DNA of 63,416 bases, counting the filler, from Octopus bimaculoides (Eukaryota): the NCBI RefSeq assembly GCF_001194135.2. It is 6 parts of 5 records of this genome, joined end to end, with 100 filler letters (N's around TTAATTAATTAA, not from the genome) between each part and the next. Parts side by side here need not be neighbours in the genome. Positions count along the whole stretch, not along the records: positions 30,770 to 61,498 come from NC_068989.1; positions 61,599 to 63,416 come from NC_069004.1; 4 more parts are not named here. One strand, given 5' to 3'. How positions within the stretch are numbered: the first letter of the stretch is position 1; each line of letters opens with the position of its first letter. Below, piece after piece: positions 52,055-63,416 of this stretch. The position numbers and the translations under genes are program-made. A model generated the notes under the pieces. The model did no database searches. It was given only the letters and a program-made list of their open reading frames with translations, and was not told the DNA's origin.

Positions 52055-53170
52055 NNNNNNNNNNNNNNNNNNNNNNNNNNNNNNNNNNNNNNNNNNNNNN
52101 ATCTTATATATGTATGTGTGTATGTATATGTATGTATATGTATTTGAGGCACTGTCCCAAGTGCGGTTGCAGTACTTCATAGTGGCGCGCTCCTGAACTT
52201 TGTTGAAATGAAATAGTTGCTGGAGCTTGAAGTGTTTTGTAGCTCTAAAAAGGGATGCCAATCTTTGTAAAGCAGTCTGTGCGAAACAAATCTTGAATGA
52301 TGAAAATGGCCTTGTATTTAAAGCCACTGTGGAGTTTCTAATAGCTTGCTATTCATGGTGTGATGATAAGGAATGATAATGCTTTTTCTTAGCATGCACA
52401 GTCATCTATCTATGCCCAAGGAAAAAATTTGGCATGTCTCTTTTAAAGGGGTATTTCGAGCTCATATTTCGGGAAGTGAGCAGAGATTTCGATAACGGAT
52501 GATGCTTGAGTGTGCGAGAATGGAAATGAATAAAATGTTATGTAGTAGTTCAATTTGCTAAAGGTGATGGAAAGTAAGGCTTTGATAAGAGGAAAGGTGT
52601 TAGGAACAAAACAGAAGAGGAACCTCGAAAGAATGTAAGTTAGAGGGAGCTATATTAATCTACGCTACGACTGTGCGATTTCTCACGCAGTGAACGGTTC
52701 TTAGCTCTAAAGACGAATGCATCCAATTGAAAAATTATTTTCAGAGTAGGTTCTCGTGCTAGACACAGTGGAAAAGTCAATTGCTTCTCAATGCAAAAAA
52801 ACTATTTCCATCAAATATCCATAAGGCGAGGGTTCATTCTTGACTAGTGTAAGAGAGATCTCCAATTGATCTGACTTTAGAAAAGCTGCACTCGTAGCTT
52901 TAAAACGAAAATACCGTCAAGGTAGTGGATTGGGCTGCTGTTAATAGTGATTTCCATCACCTGTTAAATGCTGGGAGTGAGATAGGACGGTAGCTGTGAC
53001 AATCAGAGGAGTTCCCTTCTTTGGAATTGGACACTCTGCCAGATAAAATACATTTCCAGTTGGACTTCATTTCACTTCTAGATTACTTGGAACACTTTTA
53101 TTGATGATTATCCTGCAATAAACTATTATGCAAGAAACAGAGGTCAGTTGGTTGTATTCTTATCCGTAGC
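51800..53170 (-). mobile_element. Degenerate CR1/Jockey-like LINE RT
   Basis: PIPKKGNSSDCHSYRPISL, FRKVRSIGDL, LASLFRATKHF..QQL...KVQERATMKYC motifs. Confidence 0.8.
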
Positions 53171-53430
53171 AGAGCGGTTTAGCTGTGCTTACGATAGACA
53201 GTAACTATCGATCATATTTCATTTAAGTCAACCAAGTTATAACGTGTTATACAGGAGGTGTTAAACACACTACTCGAGGGCTGGATTCGGTCTCCGGTTC
53301 AATTTGTTGCGGGAACTCAGCTTAGACTGTTTTATTATGTTGCTCGATTTTCCGAGTTGAATCCCGCGCACCGTGTTACCTTCTCTGAGGATACAGCTGG
53401 AGAGATAGTTTGTGTTGGTCAGCCACATAC

Positions 53431-53543
53431 CTGATGGTCACGATGGATGAGGAAGTATATGGCACATATGTGTAACACTGCTTGGAAGATTGCTCGGAAC
53501 GACCCGAGCAGATATCGACAAATGCGCCCATAAATGAACTGAC
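53431..53543 (-). CDS. Candidate 113-nt exon (VSSFMGAFVDICSGRSEQSSKQCYTYVPYTSSSIVTI)
   Basis: tatattttacag|G...CAG|gtatgt, near-consensus sites; two frames are open and the phase-0 frame follows the 54042 exon. Confidence 0.55.
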
Positions 53544-54041
53544 CTGTAAAATATATATCATTAACTTGTAAAATTTATATCGATAAACCTTGAATCCCAT
53601 TAATCAATCAAATGCATCTTAGGAAATCTTTTATCTCAGCCAAAGTAAAAGAAGTTTTCAGGAATCCATTTACTATAACGGTGTGAATTATTTCTCCTTC
53701 ACTTTGTCAGGACAGACCGAGTTAAAATAGAAGTTTCTGTACTTTTTGTACTATCATATCAAATTTATAAACTTGTTCGTCCAAATGGATTCTAGTGATA
53801 CGAAAAATATTGAAAGCTTCTGCAGGTGAAACAGTGCAAGCTTTCTATCAAACATTAGTCTTCTCAAGAATATTATGCATTCATTTGGACAAATTCTATC
53901 ACTGTTTTAACTTAAGGACTCTTAGCAGGACTGTATATCAGGTGGATGAGTATTTTCCATACATTTCTGCACACAAACATTGCTAAACTTCATTTTCTTT
54001 CCTTTCTTTATTGTCATATATTGAATTCTTTATTTATTTAC

Positions 54042-54181
54042 TTCGGCAAAATCATAAATGGAATTTTTAGGAATACTTATCTCTATTTGGTCCGCCAGAT
54101 CTAGTATCTGCAAAGCCAAACGACTTTGGTATTCGGTACTATGTAGTTGAAAAAATATCGCCACTGAAGGCAGAAATAATA
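54042..54181 (-). CDS. Candidate 140-nt exon (LFLPSVAIFFQLHSTEYQSRLALQILDLADQIEISIPKNSIYDFAE)
   Basis: ttgattttacag|...GAA|gtaaat; one open frame; 498-nt intron to the next candidate. Confidence 0.5.
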
Positions 54182-55371
54182 CTGTAAAATCAACGGCAGC
54201 TTTTAAAACATGCAATACTGAATTCAGTGTTTATTTTTTACTATTGTTTGTGGTGGGGATTATTACTCGGAGAGAGGTAGGTTCAGCCGAATTGACATTC
54301 ATTCAATATAGTAGAATACGAATTCTGTGGTCCCCAACCAGACAGGCTGTTACGAATGATTTGTCAGAATATGTTCTAATACGAAAAAGGTAATTTTTTT
54401 AAAAAACCGAAAAAAAAAAGAAGAATAGAAAATAGACAAAATTTGAAAAATGAAATAGAAAATAGTAATCGTTCATTTTTGGTTTGTCTGTTAAGTCATT
54501 TGACGATAAATTCTATAGTAAGAGTTGATATTTCTGAAGAAATCAAGATTCAATATTTAGCTTTATACTCTTACAATGGAAAAGAAATTTTCGGAGTGAT
54601 AAATCAACAAATTTCTTGTTAACTCAGAAATATTCGCAAAGAAAATCGATTTATTCTGCTTAGAAACAAGCATTGAAGATTTATTATTGATTTGCTGAGT
54701 ATGTCTGTTATGATGCTATTCTCTCTCCATTACTCTCAGTCTCCCTCCCTCTTTCTCCCTTCTCCCTCTCTCTCTCTCTATCTCTCTTTCCTTCTCTCTC
54801 TCTCTCTTTCTCGCTCGCTTTCTTTGTCTGTGGCCACTCACAGAAAAGAACTGCGTATAAGACAATGCCAGAAAAAATTACATAGAATCGATGTTTCAGT
54901 TTAATGTTTATTTTCATTTTTCGAAGTGGAATCTCTGCATGACATTGTCGGACGTTCTATAGAAAATAGACAGGCTGAATACTATTAAAATTGAATTTCA
55001 TTAAAGAATATGGATTAATTGAAGAAATGTATTGCAATTTAATCAGTTAGAGTAATAATGATAACCTTACAGGTCTGACCTCTAATATAATTATCTAACT
55101 ATAATTATTTGGTCTGTGCTACAGCCAAACATTACTAATTAGCCAGACTTTTAAATATTTTCCTCTGAATTACTTAAATTTAACACAAACCACAACTATC
55201 TTCCGGTGGCTATAACAGATGTTTAGTAACGCTAAGTGGCAGAGACAGAAATATTTCTATGAATAAAGGTGACTATGAATAGTATGAAAGATTCTCAATG
55301 GAGGAATTGAATGCAAACTCGGCACTTTGGCACTTCTGTTATTAGTATGTAAGCATATATGAATGGAATGC

Positions 55372-55460
55372 GTGTATGTATGTTTGTTTGTATGCATGTA
55401 TGTATGTATGTATGTATGTATGTATGTATGTATGTATGTATGTACGTATGTATGTATGTA

Positions 55461-55491
<31 letters not shown>

Positions 55492-55590
55492 ATGTATGCA
55501 TGTGTGTGTATGCATGCAAGCATGTATGTATGTGTGTATGTATGTATGTATGTATGTATGTATATATGCATGTATATATGTATGTATATA
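55372..55590. repeat. (TATG)n compound microsatellite
   Basis: Seen directly; similar arrays near 39570-40050, 57680-57920 and 58140-58690. Confidence 0.95.
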
Positions 55591-58154
55591 AAATTTAATA
55601 TAACTAGCCAGGCGCAATGTGATACCATAAAGGAAATATTCAGTCGTCACTAAAAGTGACTAAACATGTCGAAGCACCTACATTGCTAGAAATAAGAGTT
55701 AAAATACTCTTAAAGAGGAGCGCACATGTATACACACATGCTGACAGGGAAGGCAACCGCCCCATGACCGACTCGAGAATCACCAGACTAGATTGAATTT
55801 TGCCTCTACTGTAAGCATATATCTGTGTCTCTTATTCTTTACTTGTACGTGTTTGAGTCATTAGATTGCGGCCATACTGTGGTACCGCATTTAAGTGTTT
55901 CAGTGCGAATCACTACCCGTGCTTGCATTTTTCTTTAATGTCCGGTACTTATTCTTTTTCTTATTTTGACCCGCTTGGTTATGGAGACTAACACTATTTG
56001 TCAAGTGTTGGGTATGAGAGAGAGAGATAAACACAGACACACGGACGCACACACACGTGCGCGCGCGAGCACACACGCACACGCACGCACGCACGCACAC
56101 ACACGCACATAAATATATCCAACAGGTTTCTTTCAGTTTCCATCCACCAGTTACATTTATAATGCTTTAATGGCTCCTGAATTATAGTGAAAGATACGCG
56201 ATCAAGGTTCCACGCAGTGAGACTGATGTCGAAACCGAAACCGTGTGGTTAGGAAGCGAGCTTCTTACTACAGAGCTATATCTGAGAGAGAAAAGGGTGA
56301 GGGGCACATTGTACACAACACACCGTGAATCAGAAATATAGAAATAAATTCAAATTTCACAAAGCCTTACCTTTGAAAAAGAACTGTAACGATGTAAAAA
56401 CGTTCCTTCTATGCTTTCGATGTGCGAGAAAAGGAGTGTGTAGTCTTCTGACGGACAGATTAAGAGTTGTTGGCCACTGCTCAGAGCAAATATGTCTAAC
56501 TTCTTCCTAAACCGATGGCATAAAGCATTCATCTTGAAAATACTCGATTCAATGTGTGATAATTATTTAACGTACACTGTATCTGCCTAACCATTTGTCT
56601 CATTGCTGAGACTAGAATTTGTAGCTCTTTTTTCACAACAGGGTATGTTAAATGATATTAATGAATATATATATCAAATATATATGTATTGTTACAACAT
56701 GGAAGTACATCTTCTGATCTCTGTTTAAAATGGAGTGATTAGCTAAGTTTTTGAGAGCCAAAGATGATACATGAAACAAATAATCTGCATCATAAACTCT
56801 TGTTATGATGTAACAAGTACAGCCAAGAGATAACAAGGGAGCCAGGTTTCTCGACTAGGCATCAATTATTTTCTATCCGCAATTGACTATCAAATGTCCG
56901 TATATTTCTGTAGGAAATAAATAATCGTATGCTGTTGGTTTCTTTGCAAAAGCATGCATCTCATAACATTACAACTACCTTGTCTCCAAGAATATTGAAA
57001 GAATGCTTGTGAATAAGTTTTTGCCTTGCAGACTGAACTTGTCGTTCGGTTTGGCATCACCACCTGATCCTTGGGTACAATTAGTAGAGGATACCTTCCT
57101 CCCTCCCACTACTCTCTATGGTCCTGTAAAGAGTTATGAGCATTCTCTTCCCTCTTCACTAAAATATGGGGGGAAAAAACGAACAACAAACGAAGATAAT
57201 ATCCTTACATTTACTTACGAACGTTATGTAAATTTTCAGCGTGTCAAGGCTGCATTGTAGTTTTCATTCATAAGCAAAACGATTTCAACTCACTGACGCA
57301 AGTACTTTAACGAACGCCACAAATTTTACCCTCTGTTAAACTAAATTAGAAGGCTCTTATGTTATCCAAAGAGATTCCAGTATATGACATTATAATGAGT
57401 TGGTGCCTTCAACCACAATGAAGACCTACAGTAATAACGGCTTTTGAGTTTTTCGTGGTTGTTCAAGACATTTTCTTGTGATTTCAATCGATAAGAAATC
57501 ATGGGATAGTTTAAAATTGAAAAACATAATGTGTACTAACATATTAACATAGCATTAACTAATCAATATTTTATGATGCCGCGTTGCAGTATTATCTAAG
57601 AATATATTTATAACCATAAGACACATACAGAAAATATATAACGCATTACACAATTTAGCTGTGTCCTCAAATTCTACCGACATCGCTTCCACATACATAC
57701 ATACATACATACACACACGAACACACACATACATACATGCTATGTATGCTATATATGTCTATATATGTGTTAATACATATATATAAGTATGCGTGTATAT
57801 ATATATATATATATACATATACATACACGCACAAACACGTATGTATGTATGCAAGTATGTATGTATGTATGCATGTATGCACGTATGTATGATGTATGTA
57901 TACATATGTATATATATATATCTATATTCGAGGCTCCGATGTAGCTATAAGGTGTTATGCAGGTATTCAGATAGGAGTCCACTGCATCTTATTGCAGAAA
58001 CAGCTGTAAAGTAATGGAAGTTGATAAGATAATAATTTATTCCTTTGTCATCGGGACAACTGCGAGGCAAACTTCTCAATAATTCACTCATGCGTTCGTC
58101 CATATCTGTATATACATACACACTACCGCACGCTAGCACGCTAGCACACACACA

Positions 58155-58202
<48 letters not shown>

Positions 58203-58276
58203 NNNNNNNNNNNNNNNNNNNNNNNNNNNNNNNNNNNNNNNNNNNNNNNNNNNNNNNNNNNNNNNNNNNNNNNNNN

Positions 58277-58325
<49 letters not shown>

Positions 58326-58504
58326 ACTATATATATATGTATAATTACACACACACACTCACGCACACATAATATTATATATATATACGCACACACACAT
58401 ACACACACACACACACACACACATACACATTTTTATATATACATGTATATCTGCATATATATACATATATATGTATACGCATGCCACCTACATACACTCA
58501 CAGA

Positions 58505-58537
<33 letters not shown>

Positions 58538-59068
58538 ACACACAACTCACACAATGATGAACGCGCATACAATATGTAGAATACAAAAGCACCCATGTAA
58601 TTCCTTGTATACACATATACACACTCATTCATACATACATACATACATACATACATACATACATACATACATACATACATACATACATCTATGTGTGTGT
58701 GTAAACAAAAACAGATATACTAACATGCATAATCACCCACATGAACGCACATATACAAATAAACATGCAATCAGATGCGCAACAAAACTATATCCCCAAA
58801 AGATAAGAGGGAATTTATATATTGTAGAATTTTATTTACGAAATAATAGAAACCATAGACAAATAAGTATGGCTGTCGTCATTCAAATTATAAAAATGCT
58901 ACTTTGTAATGGTGAATGGATAAACAATGATTAAAATATCGTGGATAGGGTTTCCTGGATGATATTGCACAATTATATATTAACAAGTTAGTTGGTATAT
59001 GATTGTATCAACTATAACCAATTATGCATTTGATATGATTGTATGATTAAGAGCTTCTCTTCGAAACT

Positions 59069-59398
59069 TCAGACGAAGAAAATGTCTTCTACTGTTGCTC
59101 TGGGTTGAGTAAAATTTGGTTGATGGTAAATGTGTGGAATCCTGTTCTTGTGTAGTAGATATAATCCATCACCCGTTTTAATATCAATAACTAGTTCTTG
59201 ATTTCTCCTGTGGGGATCACTCTGTTGCAAGTATTCTGACAAGGCTTCCAATGTGGAACCAACTTTCTTCCTTTCTCCTTTCTTGCTGTTCAGTGATGTG
59301 ACGAAATATAGCAATATTGTTTTGTGCGACACTCGTTTCATTTTGTATCCAACCTTCACATCATAAGCGATAATGAAACCAGCTGACAATGCATCAAA
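59069..59398 (-). CDS. Candidate 109-codon exon, probably terminal, unidentified protein (FDALSAGFIIAYDVKVGY...ATVEDIFFV*)
   Basis: Very strong acceptor tttcctgtttatcttattcattttcag opens directly into the only stop-free frame; AATAAA about 230 nt downstream. Confidence 0.5.
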   Translation of the reverse strand, partial: FDALSAGFIIAYDVKVGYKMKRVSHKTILLYFVTSLNSKKGERKKVGSTLEALSEYLQQSDPHRRNQELVIDIKTGDGLYLLHKNRIPHIYHQPNFTQPRATVEDIFFV

Positions 59399-60199
59399 CT
59401 GAAAATGAATAAGATAAACAGGAAATATTAGAATAAAGTATTAAAAAGGATTTACACATGAAGCGATAGCTTAAGGAAATGTTTTATCTTCAACATGGAA
59501 GAAGTGAAGCCATGTTTCCAATATCAAATACACAAAAGACTGAGCCGTTGGAGTAATGAACAATCTATTGATAAGGTACGAGTTTTATTCCGATAGTCCT
59601 TGGTACGAGTACAAAACAATGAGCTACAACGTTCCAATTTTTATTATATTTTTTAATATGAAAATTTTATAAATAAAATGTGATTCTGAAATGTATACAC
59701 TATTTATAATTTTATTAATTGTAATTATAGGCACAGGCATAGCTGTGTGGTAAGACGGTTGCTTTCCCAATGGTTCCGAGTTCAATCCTACCGCATGGCA
59801 CCTTCGGCAAGTGTCTTCTACTATAGCCTCGAGCCGATCAAAGTATTGTTGGTGGATTTGGTCGATGGAAAACTGTAATAAGTCCGTTGTATGTGTGTGT
59901 GTGTGTGTGTGTGGTGAGGCACGTCCCTGTTCAGCAAAAGAGACCGCAATCTAATGACTGAAACGAATAAAAGAATGTGGGTTGCGGAGGCAGCGAGTTG
60001 TTACTACGCCGGACAATATGCTTAGCGGCATATCTTCTGAGATCAAATGCCGCCGAGGTTTCATTCTTTCAGGGTTGATAAAATAAGTACCAGTTAAGCA
60101 TGGGGTCGATGTAATGGACTAGAACCCCACGTTCAAAATTTCAAGTGTTGTTCCTCTATTAGAAAGGATTAACTAGGCCTGGCGAAAGAGGCTCTGCAC

Positions 60200-60950
60200 A
60201 TGATCTTCGTGGCTGTCGAAGTCGAGGCCAATAACGTTTTGATTAAACTGCTGTAAGTTCCCGACTGTAGGAAACATGGACACAACAGAATTTGAAAAAG
60301 GCGGCATTCTGCAATGGAAGGGATGATTAGAGTAATTTACGTGGGAGTAGGGTGTTGAATATCATAAAGATGATGAGATTATAAGACACGATGGAAGGTG
60401 AATTACCTGTGTTGAGTTTGCATGAGATCAGGCAGCTCTTAGTAGTTGTGCTCATTTTAATAACGATAGAAATGCAGAAGGGAACAGATATGCTTATGTG
60501 TAAACATACATTTGTATAAGAATCGAACAGCTATTATGCAGGTTTCAAAGACACGCTAGTACACGTCAACTTGATAAAGTGTCCACAATTAGAGTAACCT
60601 TAGTCGAATTAGGATTGAAAGGTGGTTCTGCATTGGAAGCTAGTAAACTAGAATTCCTTTGGATGAACGGAATGAAAATCGTTAAGGATTGCAACATAGA
60701 GTATGGTGAGACATTGTTAGATTGTGGTGGCACTAGTAAGCTGCACTGGGAGCAATTTTTTCCTGGTGCTATTTTCGTTGTTTTCTAAATTAGCAGGTTA
60801 AAATTGAGCTAAAGCAAAAACTGGACTGTGGGGACATTTGGAGATGATCTCAGAGTTTTGTTCTGAGGACAGGTGGAGTTCTGCTTACCAGACAGGCGGT
60901 GCACTAATGTAAACCAATCGAATGGGGAGAGATAGTTGTACTGTAGGGCA
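60200..60950 (-). mobile_element. CR1/Jockey-like LINE RT C-terminal fragment
   Basis: Decayed SLFYRY..E.CS.EL motif; similar to the other copies. Confidence 0.6.
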
Positions 60951-61598
60951 GCCAAAGCCTGACTGACCTAAGGTCATTCAAATAAAACAAGACAGAAAGT
61001 GGAGATTACACCGCTCATGGAACTACAAAAATACTCGGTGGTAGTAAGCCAACTACAGTTCAGCTTTGGGTCATCTATTAGAATGATTCCTCTCATTCAT
61101 TTGTCACTTGCTTCAATATTGTAAAACTCCGAGTAATAGCTGTATGTCATCACGAATACTATAGTAGCACACACATATATATAAACTACATAATACAGTA
61201 TGTTCAGTGTTCTTACCTTACGTTTGTACGTACTCATGTATAAGTCTGCATGTGTGCTCTTGTTTCATAATGAGATTTAAAGTTATGTATAGAGATAGAG
61301 ATAAAAGGAAGAGTGAGTGAATGAAAGCAACATATAAATAGAGACGGAGGGAGAACAAGATTTGTGGACTTTATCGTGGATTTTTGTTAGGCTCCACCCA
61401 CTGATATTTTTATGACGTTGCTTTTAATCGATCTTCTGATGTTTATATTTTGAACACATGAGTTTCATAATCAGAAAAAGAAACTGATTACCTTCTTTNN
61501 NNNNNNNNNNNNNNNNNNNNNNNNNNNNNNNNNNNNNNNNNNTTAATTAATTAANNNNNNNNNNNNNNNNNNNNNNNNNNNNNNNNNNNNNNNNNNNN

Positions 61599-61642
61599 AT
61601 ATGGCGGACATGACTTTTGTTTATTAACACATCGAACTTTCG
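61599..61642 (+). other. Possible non-coding first exon (ATGGCGG YY1-like motif; donor CG|gtgagt)
   Basis: Lies directly after a gap; downstream DNA looks CpG-poor. Confidence 0.2.
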
Positions 61643-61738
61643 GTGAGTGCGTTCTTTGTATGTAATTGAATAATAAATGTAATAATTAAATTGTACAACT
61701 CGTTGTCTTTTCTCTGCGAGTCTCCCGAGAGGAATACA

Positions 61739-61778
<40 letters not shown>

Positions 61779-61779
61779 T

Positions 61780-62595
61780 TATATATATGCAATATTATTA
61801 CCAGTTTGAATATGCTAAAAGCATGTTCAGATTTGTAAACAAACCATTCACTATGTTTATCAAGGAGAAAATTTCTCACTGTTGACAAATGGTGTAAACA
61901 CACCCAAATCAGTTCGCAGCACCACTTACCTTAGACTGTGAGATACAAGCATTTCAGAGTGGTTATCTCCTCTTCAATCACAGAAACTGAATGGTGGTGC
62001 TGCAAGATGATAAGAGAACACCATTTGTCTACAGCATTTGGTTTCTGTGACTGAAGAGATAACCACTCTGAAATTCTTGCATCTAACAGTCTGGATACAT
62101 GGTGTTGTAAGCTGACTTAGGTGTATTTACCCCATTGTCTACAGCAAGAAATTTTCTCCATGACAAAACAGTGAATAGTTTGTTTAAAAGTCCAAACATG
62201 CCATTGGCATATTCAAACTTCCAATAACATTACATTTATACACATCACTGCATAGCACTCCAACCTGTAATTTAATTATGATGAGCCATTGACTAGCACT
62301 ACCAGCTGACATTTGTTGACTGGAATAGCATAAGAAGAAATTGTCTCTCTTATCAGATTGCAGTGCCACAGTTTGGTTTCTGTGACTGAAAAGGAGATAA
62401 CCACTCTGAAATGCTTGTATCTCACAGTCTGGATAGGTGGCACTATGAGCTGATTTGGGTGTATTTACAACATTTGTCTACAACAAGAAATTTTCTCCAG
62501 GACAAAAACACAGAGAATGGCTCATTTACAAGTCTGAACATGCCACTGGTATATTTGAACAGGTAATAACATTGCATTTATACACATCACTGCTT
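61780..62595. repeat. Three copies of an approximately 220-nt unit (one inverted, two direct)
   Basis: Copy A about 61780-61992 (minus), copy B about 62036-62255 (plus), copy C about 62368-62595 (plus); shared gagataaccactctgaaat.cttg.atct.acagtct. Confidence 0.85.
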
Positions 62596-62824
62596 AATGC
62601 GCTAGGGAAAAGAACCAAGGTTCATGAACTCATCGATGAAAATCCACTGTCACATATAGAAAAAATAATAATTAAAAGCACAATGAATAAGTATAATATA
62701 ATACAAAGTAAATATCAAAAGATAAAGATAATAAAAGACTACACGTGTTTCATAACCAATTTTCAAATAGAAAGAAAATTTAAATCGATTAAAATCGATT
62801 AAAACTATCGAAAACTATCGAAAA

Positions 62825-63416
62825 CTAGCTAAAACCAAAGTCCTAATAAGTAGGAAGATAGACAACACACAAACCCCTTCAGGTAGATGGCCCTGCTCGA
62901 TCTGTAGCAAAGGCGTAGGTAGAAACTCTATAAGATGCACCCAGTGCAAGCTATGGACACATAAGAGGTGCAGCAATATCAAAGGAAGGTTAACTAGGAA
63001 GTTAGTTTTTGTATGTAGCAGATGTTCAGGAGCTATAAATACTGTAGATGTACAGAAAACAACTTCTGCCACATTCCAGGGAGAAAAGCTAGACGTAGAT
63101 GATAGCTTCCGCTATCTAGGTGACCAAGTTAGTAGTGGGGGAGGTTGCGCTGAAAGTGTAGCTGCTAGAATAAGAATAGCCTGGGCAAAGTTCAGAGAGC
63201 TCTTACTTCTGCTGGTGACAAGGGGCCTCTCACTCAGAGTAAAAGGCAGACTGTATGACGCATGTGTACGAACAGCCATGCTTCATGGTAGTGAAACATG
63301 GGCTGTGACTGCTGAGGACATGCGTAGGCTCGCAAGGAATGAAGCCAGTATGCTCTGATAGATGTGTAATGTCAGTGTGCATACTAGACAGAGTATTAGT
63401 ACCTTGAGAGAAAAGT
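62825..63416 (+). mobile_element. 5'-truncated RTE-clade LINE with an embedded PHD finger (runs off the window)
   Basis: AKTKVL..WPCSICSKGVGRNSIRCTQCKLWTHKRC..FVCSRC..FRYLGD..RIRIAWAKFREL..LHGSETW; stops TGA TAG at 63356-63361. Confidence 0.93.

Noticed and set aside
55257-55653. HTYI/CMYV-repeat ORFs here and elsewhere
   Set aside because: Microsatellite translations.
57003-57260. 85-aa plus-strand ORF and overlapping minus frames
   Set aside because: No consistent splice sites and no recognisable homology.

Overview
Low-gene-density, repeat-dominated animal genomic DNA, very probably an Octopus draft assembly (inferred from the tRNA-derived SINE families, dense TA/CA/TATG/GATA microsatellites and many N gaps). 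Five 100-nt spacers (44N-TTAATTAATTAA-44N) split the window into six blocks that may not be truly adjacent. The only confidently identified gene is cyclin T: minus-strand exons 2 and 3 at 25051-25132 and 22929-23054, inside a strongly CpG-depleted block (19321-30669). Its first intron has a U12-like 3' end, a perfect U11-type 5' splice-site motif and several stop-containing exon-like cassettes, which could form an unrecognised poison-exon or minor-spliceosome feedback module. The rest consists of SINEs, degenerate LINEs (CR1/Jockey-like, RTE including a PHD-finger RTE, R4/Dong), Tc1/mariner elements, MITEs, several long inverted repeats, and low-to-moderate-confidence exon chains of unidentified genes. 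Repeat boundaries are approximate and all translations and alignments were done by eye.
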